Shown here: positions 59,329 through 64,000 of the stretch, piece by piece
How positions within the stretch are numbered: position 1 is the stretch's first letter
Layout: each line of letters starts with the position of its first letter
From: a bacterium
GTDB taxonomy: Bacteria; Zhuqueibacterota; Zhuqueibacteria; Residuimicrobiales; Krinioviventaceae
Length of the DNA stretch: 64,000 nucleotides
Reading direction: 5' to 3'
NCBI GenBank assembly: GCA_963693055.1
Contig: OY843751.1
Span: forward strand, 576,001 to 640,000
Position numbers and translations under genes: made by a program
Notes under the pieces: generated by a model
What the model was told of the DNA's origin: nothing
What the model saw: only the letters and a program-made list of their open reading frames with translations
The model's database searches: none

Positions 59329-59700
59329 TTAAACGTGTTGATCGAACAAAATCGGGTTCCCATCCGGATCTACAATGCTAAAGCTGCCGGGCCCCTCACT
59401 GTTTGTGTCAACAGGAGATTCAATCTTGATGCCTTTGGATTTAAGTTCTTTTTGAATGTCCCGAATATCTGTAAATACGCTCAGGGTGTTGGCACTTTCA
59501 TTCCATCCCGGATTAAAGGTAAGGATATTTTTATCAAACATGCCCTGAAACAGGCCAATATTGCAGTTTTTATTTTTCATAATGAGCCAACCCTGGTCTT
59601 CATCCCCATGAAATACAATGAAACCCAGCGCTTGGTAAAATTTTCTCGAGACCTTTATATCTTTAACGGTCAGGCTGACTGAGAATCCACCCAGTTCCAT
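59329..59700 (-). CDS. VOC/glyoxalase-family protein
   Basis: GGAGG SD; SLTVKD...FY..LGF; DPDGNPILFDQH. Confidence 0.88.
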   Translation of the reverse strand: MELGGFSVSLTVKDIKVSRKFYQALGFIVFHGDEDQGWLIMKNKNCNIGLFQGMFDKNILTFNPGWNESANTLSVFTDIRDIQKELKSKGIKIESPVDTNSEGPGSFSIVDPDGNPILFDQHV

Positions 59701-59745
59701 ATTGTCCTCCTTCATTTGTAATATGTTTCATATATAAATTAATTA

Positions 59746-59773
59746 AACGGATATGAAGGAGCAGGTATTCCCG
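59746..59773 (-). promoter_or_regulatory. ECF sigma promoter upstream of the VOC gene
   Basis: Minus strand cgGGAATA-N16-CGTT. Confidence 0.65.
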
Positions 59774-59818
59774 CGAGAAAAAGGGAGATATGATTTATTT
59801 ATCGAATAATATTAATTG

Positions 59819-60055
59819 TTAATCATTTGGCAGCGCTTCAAACGCTCTGCGTTTTGATTCAAACCATTTGTGCATTTCATCTGGATTTTGCTTCATTGTT
59901 TGCATGTTTTGCATGGCCTCAAGATGAGCCGGGTCCTGTTGCTGGAGCATTTCCATACCGTGCTGTTTGCTCAATTCTGCCATTTCTTCAAAGGTCTCTG
60001 CCTGAAATGTTTTGTCACATGCACCGCCCAGTTGTTTACATATCATGGTTTTCAT
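59819..60055 (-). CDS. DUF1059-family small metal-binding protein
   Basis: GGAGG SD; MKTMICKQLGGACD...HG...H. Confidence 0.8.
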   Translation of the reverse strand: MKTMICKQLGGACDKTFQAETFEEMAELSKQHGMEMLQQQDPAHLEAMQNMQTMKQNPDEMHKWFESKRRAFEALPND

Positions 60056-60086
60056 TTTTACCTCCATAGATCAATTAAATATATTT

Positions 60087-60115
60087 AACGATCTCATTGG
60101 GACAAGGTATTCCCG
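60087..60115 (-). promoter_or_regulatory. ECF sigma promoter upstream of the DUF1059 gene
   Basis: Minus strand cgGGAATA-N17-CGTT; shares the 11-mer CGGGAATACCT with the VOC promoter. Confidence 0.65.
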
Positions 60116-60326
60116 GGGAGTTGGGTGTTGAAGCTATAAGAGTGTAAATTGCGTGACGATTGTGGAGAGAGTGGTCTTGGTGCCACCGTGTCTTTGTGAG
60201 ATTTTATTCTTTCTCTCACGGAGTGGGAGTTCTATTTTGGGGGATGGCTGGAATTAATATTATTTTAAAATTGTCGGTTCGTCAGGATTGAAAATCCGGC
60301 AATTCTTTAATCCTGTTTAACCAACT

Positions 60327-61595
60327 TTAGACAAATATCCGATACTCCCACGGTTTCAGCTCGACGTCAAAAGTCTTACCCTCAATAAGGACCGGTTTGT
60401 TGCTGAATATCTCTGTATACTCGCCTTTGATCCCGCGGGTTCTGATTGATGTCATATGTTTTTCCGGGGATAGATTGATTGCAACCAGTGCTGTCTCTTG
60501 CTGAAATTTTCGAGTAAATAAAAGTATGGGTCCATGGGATTTATAGCTGATCTCGCCAGCGTGCAGGGCCGGGGTTTCTCCATACACCTGTACCAGCTTT
60601 TGATAAAAGTCCGTGAATGGACTTTCCTGCCAGGGGATTTCGTCCTTTTCAAAGAATTTCAGTTTTCTTTTACTTCCCACTTCTTGTCCATTGTAGATCA
60701 GAGGCGTTCCGTGCAGCGTAAAACAGAGCACAGCAAAAGCCTTTGCTGCTTTGGTACCCAACCGGGTGACTGCAGGATCTACCCACGAGTTTTCATCGTG
60801 ATTACTGGTAAAACGCATACGCATGGAGCCTGTGGGGTATTCAGCTTTTTCCCGTTTCAGCATGGGCACAATAGCGGATACAGAACGTTTGCCTTTGGCA
60901 ATAGCGTTAAACAGCCAGTAGAGCTTGGTAGAATAGGTCATGTGGAACCCACAGCGGTGCAGCCAGGGAAGGTCCGATTCCGCCAGCATCAATACCGGTT
61001 TAATTTTTTGGATATCTGCTATGGCCTCGCGCCAGAAAAAGTCGGGTACAAAATGCGCAACATCGCAGCGGTAACCGTCTATGTCAAATTCGGTGATCCA
61101 GTATTTCATCATGTCTGTAATGTATCTGCACAGTTCAGGTTGATCATAATCCAGTTTTGCGGTGTCTGTCCATTCCGGGTGGCCCGGGAGAATATCTCCT
61201 TTTTTATTATGCTTGTACCATTCCGGATGAGCAGATAGCATATTGCTGTCCCAGGCGGTATGATTCACCACCAGATCTAGCATAACTTTCATACCCAGAT
61301 TGTGTATCTGTTGGACCAGTTTCTTGAAATCCGTTTTATTGCCAAACTCGGGATTGATTTCATAATAATCGCTGATAGCATAATAACTGCCCAACTTTCC
61401 TTTGCGGTCTATCTGGCCGATGGGATGGATGGGCATGAACCAGAGAATTTTAACACCCAGCTTTTGCAGTCTGGATAAGTGTTTGGCAAAAGCCTTGAAT
61501 GTTCCTTCAGGGGTAAACTGACGTGTGTTTACCTGATATATAACCGCGCCGGTGCTCCAGGAAGGTGGCGGTGAGGTTTGGATAGAGTCTTTCAT
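60327..61595 (-). CDS. GH13 alpha-amylase-family glycoside hydrolase, cytoplasmic
   Basis: DLVVNHT, DGYRCDVA, LAE, NHDE and GTPLIYNGQE. Confidence 0.92.
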   Translation of the reverse strand: MKDSIQTSPPPSWSTGAVIYQVNTRQFTPEGTFKAFAKHLSRLQKLGVKILWFMPIHPIGQIDRKGKLGSYYAISDYYEINPEFGNKTDFKKLVQQIHNLGMKVMLDLVVNHTAWDSNMLSAHPEWYKHNKKGDILPGHPEWTDTAKLDYDQPELCRYITDMMKYWITEFDIDGYRCDVAHFVPDFFWREAIADIQKIKPVLMLAESDLPWLHRCGFHMTYSTKLYWLFNAIAKGKRSVSAIVPMLKREKAEYPTGSMRMRFTSNHDENSWVDPAVTRLGTKAAKAFAVLCFTLHGTPLIYNGQEVGSKRKLKFFEKDEIPWQESPFTDFYQKLVQVYGETPALHAGEISYKSHGPILLFTRKFQQETALVAINLSPEKHMTSIRTRGIKGEYTEIFSNKPVLIEGKTFDVELKPWEYRIFV

Positions 61596-61601
61596 CGCTT
61601 G

Positions 61602-62426
61602 CTATTCTTTCAGATTATTTTGGTTTTGGATGCCGGTCACCCATTCCACATCATGTTCACGGTTATGTTTAATGCATCCCAATTTATAGATACGGCATTT
61701 ATATTCCAGCATTTTTTGTGTTGCCGTTGACTGTTCAGTGCTCAATATACCATTTTTTAAAATCTTATCCAATGCAATGATACGATATTTATCGAGACTG
61801 TGCTGCTGTGAAAGCTGGGGCCAGTCACCGGCTTGTTTGACAATCAAGCGTTCAGGCATATACAGAACCGGTATTTGCGCGCTAATGCGCAGCCAGAGAT
61901 CATAATCTTCACAGGCGGGTAGATATTCGTCAAACTTGCCATAATTGTCTAACACAGAACGATGGATGATTACAGAAGATGGACTGATTATGCACAAGGG
62001 CAGACATTTTTCGTAAATATACCCCGAGTATTTTTGATGGATTTTTTTCTGGTTCATCCATTTGCCATGTTTGCGCCATTCTTCATCCGTGTAGCAGATG
62101 CGATAATCCGGGTGCTGCTCCAGTTTCTGTTCTTGCCGTAACAACTTTTTGCGGTGCCAGAGGTCATCGGAATCAAGAAAGGCGATCCAATCATGCGAGG
62201 CATTATCAATTCCGGTATTGCGTGCAGCAGAGATGCCGCGATTCTCCTGGCAAATATAACGGATATCATGAAGTAACGGGGCCAGACGTTTTTCCGTATC
62301 GTCAGTGGAACCATCGTCAATGACAAGGATTTCATCTGCTTGTCTCTTTTGCTTGAGAATGGATTCAAGTGCCTCATAAGCAAAATCAGCACGATTAAAA
62401 GTAGTAAGAATTGCTGTTATCTTCAT
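61602..62426 (-). CDS. GT2-family glycosyltransferase
   Basis: DDGSTD, G.SAARN.G, FLDSDD and EDYDLWLR. Confidence 0.92.
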   Translation of the reverse strand: MKITAILTTFNRADFAYEALESILKQKRQADEILVIDDGSTDDTEKRLAPLLHDIRYICQENRGISAARNTGIDNASHDWIAFLDSDDLWHRKKLLRQEQKLEQHPDYRICYTDEEWRKHGKWMNQKKIHQKYSGYIYEKCLPLCIISPSSVIIHRSVLDNYGKFDEYLPACEDYDLWLRISAQIPVLYMPERLIVKQAGDWPQLSQQHSLDKYRIIALDKILKNGILSTEQSTATQKMLEYKCRIYKLGCIKHNREHDVEWVTGIQNQNNLKE

Positions 62427-62579
62427 TATACAATATTGATCGGTTTATGTACCTGTGGGTACATTGTTTTATATGTCTTGAATTGGTAACATATTGTAAA
62501 ATATGTGCTTGCCTGTGCTTTGTTGTTTTGGTATCTCTCTTGCTGAAAGATAATAAAGTATAAGTAAAAGGAGACAAAA

Positions 62580-63098
62580 ATGAAAATAAAATATCTGATT
62601 ATTGCATGTTTATTGTTATTGCTGCTGGATGTTTCCTCTGCGCAAACTCTCAGACCCGGGCGACGTCATCCGATCCGGCGGGCAATACCTCAAGTACAGC
62701 AGCCTGTACTGGGAGTTTATGGAGGGCAGAATTTTGAATATGAGCAATCCCTGGCAGGCGCGCATTTATGGTTGCCAATTGGAGTTTTCTGGGATTTTGT
62801 ACCGGGATTCAATTATCATTTTACTGATGAGACAGATCCGTTTGAACATTGGCAGTTTAACGGAGATTTGGTGTTTAAACCGCGCCCTCGTGGTATTTTT
62901 TATTTTGGAGGTGGTTTTGCCGCTGATTATCGTTTACCCAAAGCGGGAGGTTCCGTGACCAAAATGGGAGGCAGTGCTCTAACAGGGCTTGTGTTCGGGC
63001 AAAGATTCCCTCTAAAAGTATTTGTACAAGCCAGATGGACTTTTATGGAAGAAGCAGAGTTGAGTGTGGTGGGTGGTTTGAATCTGGCATTAAGATAA
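62580..63098 (+). CDS. Small outer-membrane beta-barrel protein, putative
   Basis: AGGAG SD; signal peptide; alternating amphipathic strands, YFGGG motif, end GGLNLALR. Confidence 0.65.
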   Translation: MKIKYLIIACLLLLLLDVSSAQTLRPGRRHPIRRAIPQVQQPVLGVYGGQNFEYEQSLAGAHLWLPIGVFWDFVPGFNYHFTDETDPFEHWQFNGDLVFKPRPRGIFYFGGGFAADYRLPKAGGSVTKMGGSALTGLVFGQRFPLKVFVQARWTFMEEAELSVVGGLNLALR

Positions 63099-63115
63099 AG
63101 CAAGACGGTTATCAG

Positions 63116-63146
63116 AAAAACGCCCGGTAAAAACCGGGCGTTTTTT
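63116..63146. terminator. Bidirectional Rho-independent terminator
   Basis: AAAAACGCCCGGT-AAAA-ACCGGGCGTTTTTT. Confidence 0.88.
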
Positions 63147-63969
63147 AATGTGCAAATATTACCAGAATGAAACTGATTGCCGTTAAAACCGCCAGCAGAA
63201 TTCCAAATTGACGATGGTGCTGGTTTTCCAGTCCCTGTTCATGAAAGCCAACCCACATGGCAGTCAGGTAACCGCCAATAAATCCACCGGCATGCGCATA
63301 ATTGTTAACGGCAGACATCATGAATCCAAACATAAACATGATGATGGCCCACATACCCACCTGGCGATAAATGGCTGATCCAAATGTGCCGCCGCGTTTA
63401 CGTCCATAATAAACCAAAGCACCTAACAAGCCAAATATGGAACCGGAAGCACCAATTGTAAAAGCAATACCAAACATGAACGATGCTACAAAGCCAACAA
63501 CGCCTGAAAGTGTGAATATAATAAAGGTCCGATAAGTACCAAACAGATCTTCAACCATTGCACCCAATTGTCTGAGCCACAGCATATTGAAAAGAATATG
63601 TAAAATACCGGAATGTAAATAGATAGCAGTAATAAGCGTCCACCAACGTCCGTGAGCAATAGCGTATTGTCCTGTCATACCCAGGCGGTCCAGTGCTTGT
63701 CCACTAGGTGCAAGCAGACCAAAAAGTCCGTGTGTTTGCAAAATAGCACCCGGATCAATCAGTATTGCGATTATATATAATATGATATTGACAGTTACAA
63801 TGGTAGAAATCAATCCATTAAAACTGTTCAAGAGTTTGTTAATTGAAGGCCCGTAACCCCACAAGCCCGGATTTTTTCTACCGCAATTATAACATTCTTT
63901 GGAATTGGCAGAGATCAGCTTGCCGCAACTGGGGCAAACCATAGAGCCCGTCTTTTTTCTTTCTATCAT
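63145..63969 (-). CDS. Rhomboid intramembrane serine protease with N-terminal zinc ribbon
   Basis: CPSC...CYNC; H..ILHILFNM; GASG; NYAHAGG. Confidence 0.92.
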   Translation of the reverse strand: MIERKKTGSMVCPSCGKLISANSKECYNCGRKNPGLWGYGPSINKLLNSFNGLISTIVTVNIILYIIAILIDPGAILQTHGLFGLLAPSGQALDRLGMTGQYAIAHGRWWTLITAIYLHSGILHILFNMLWLRQLGAMVEDLFGTYRTFIIFTLSGVVGFVASFMFGIAFTIGASGSIFGLLGALVYYGRKRGGTFGSAIYRQVGMWAIIMFMFGFMMSAVNNYAHAGGFIGGYLTAMWVGFHEQGLENQHHRQFGILLAVLTAISFILVIFAH

Positions 63970-64000
63970 TTAACTTTCCTGATTACTGATTAATCGAATT

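Noticed and set aside
60534-61238. Long antisense or overlapping ORFs (also 55616-56266, 51182-51799, 33243-33842, 59203-59682)
   Set aside because: They overlap well-supported genes and have no motifs; expected from codon bias

Overview
Gene-dense bacterial window of about 50 CDS, with no rRNA, tRNA, CRISPR array or intact transposase seen. It combines T9SS-type parts (PorV-family barrel, CTD-bearing protein), Tat-exported Gfo/Idh/MocA + DUF1080 pairs and strong GGAG/AGGA Shine-Dalgarno sites. That points to an FCB-related, non-Bacteroidota lineage such as KSB1 or Calditrichota (inference). Blocks in order: (1) a SusD-less TonB-dependent receptor / FN3-CTD protein / PorV cassette with a LacI-type operator; (2) an ALDH-FeADH-HAD-GATase-GlpT operon; (3) ygiQ, a DinB gene and a sigma28-driven yjfB-like gene; (4) two orphan multi-PAS/GAF histidine kinases, GH127 and a UroD/MtaA-family gene; (5) a Gfo + HEAT-DUF1080 pair; (6) an operon of tandem thymidylate-kinase-like genes (PPK3-like), a small basic protein, Ppx, a Ppx-HD protein and menA-menC-menE; (7) an orphan sbcC; (8) a duplicated ArsF/ArsG-like redox module around arsR; (9) an AT-rich KAP NTPase + orphan antitoxin islet; (10) a second Gfo/DUF1080 pair; (11) three stress genes sharing an ECF-sigma promoter; (12) GH13, GT2, an outer-membrane barrel and a rhomboid. 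All calls come from motif recognition by eye; no database searches were run.
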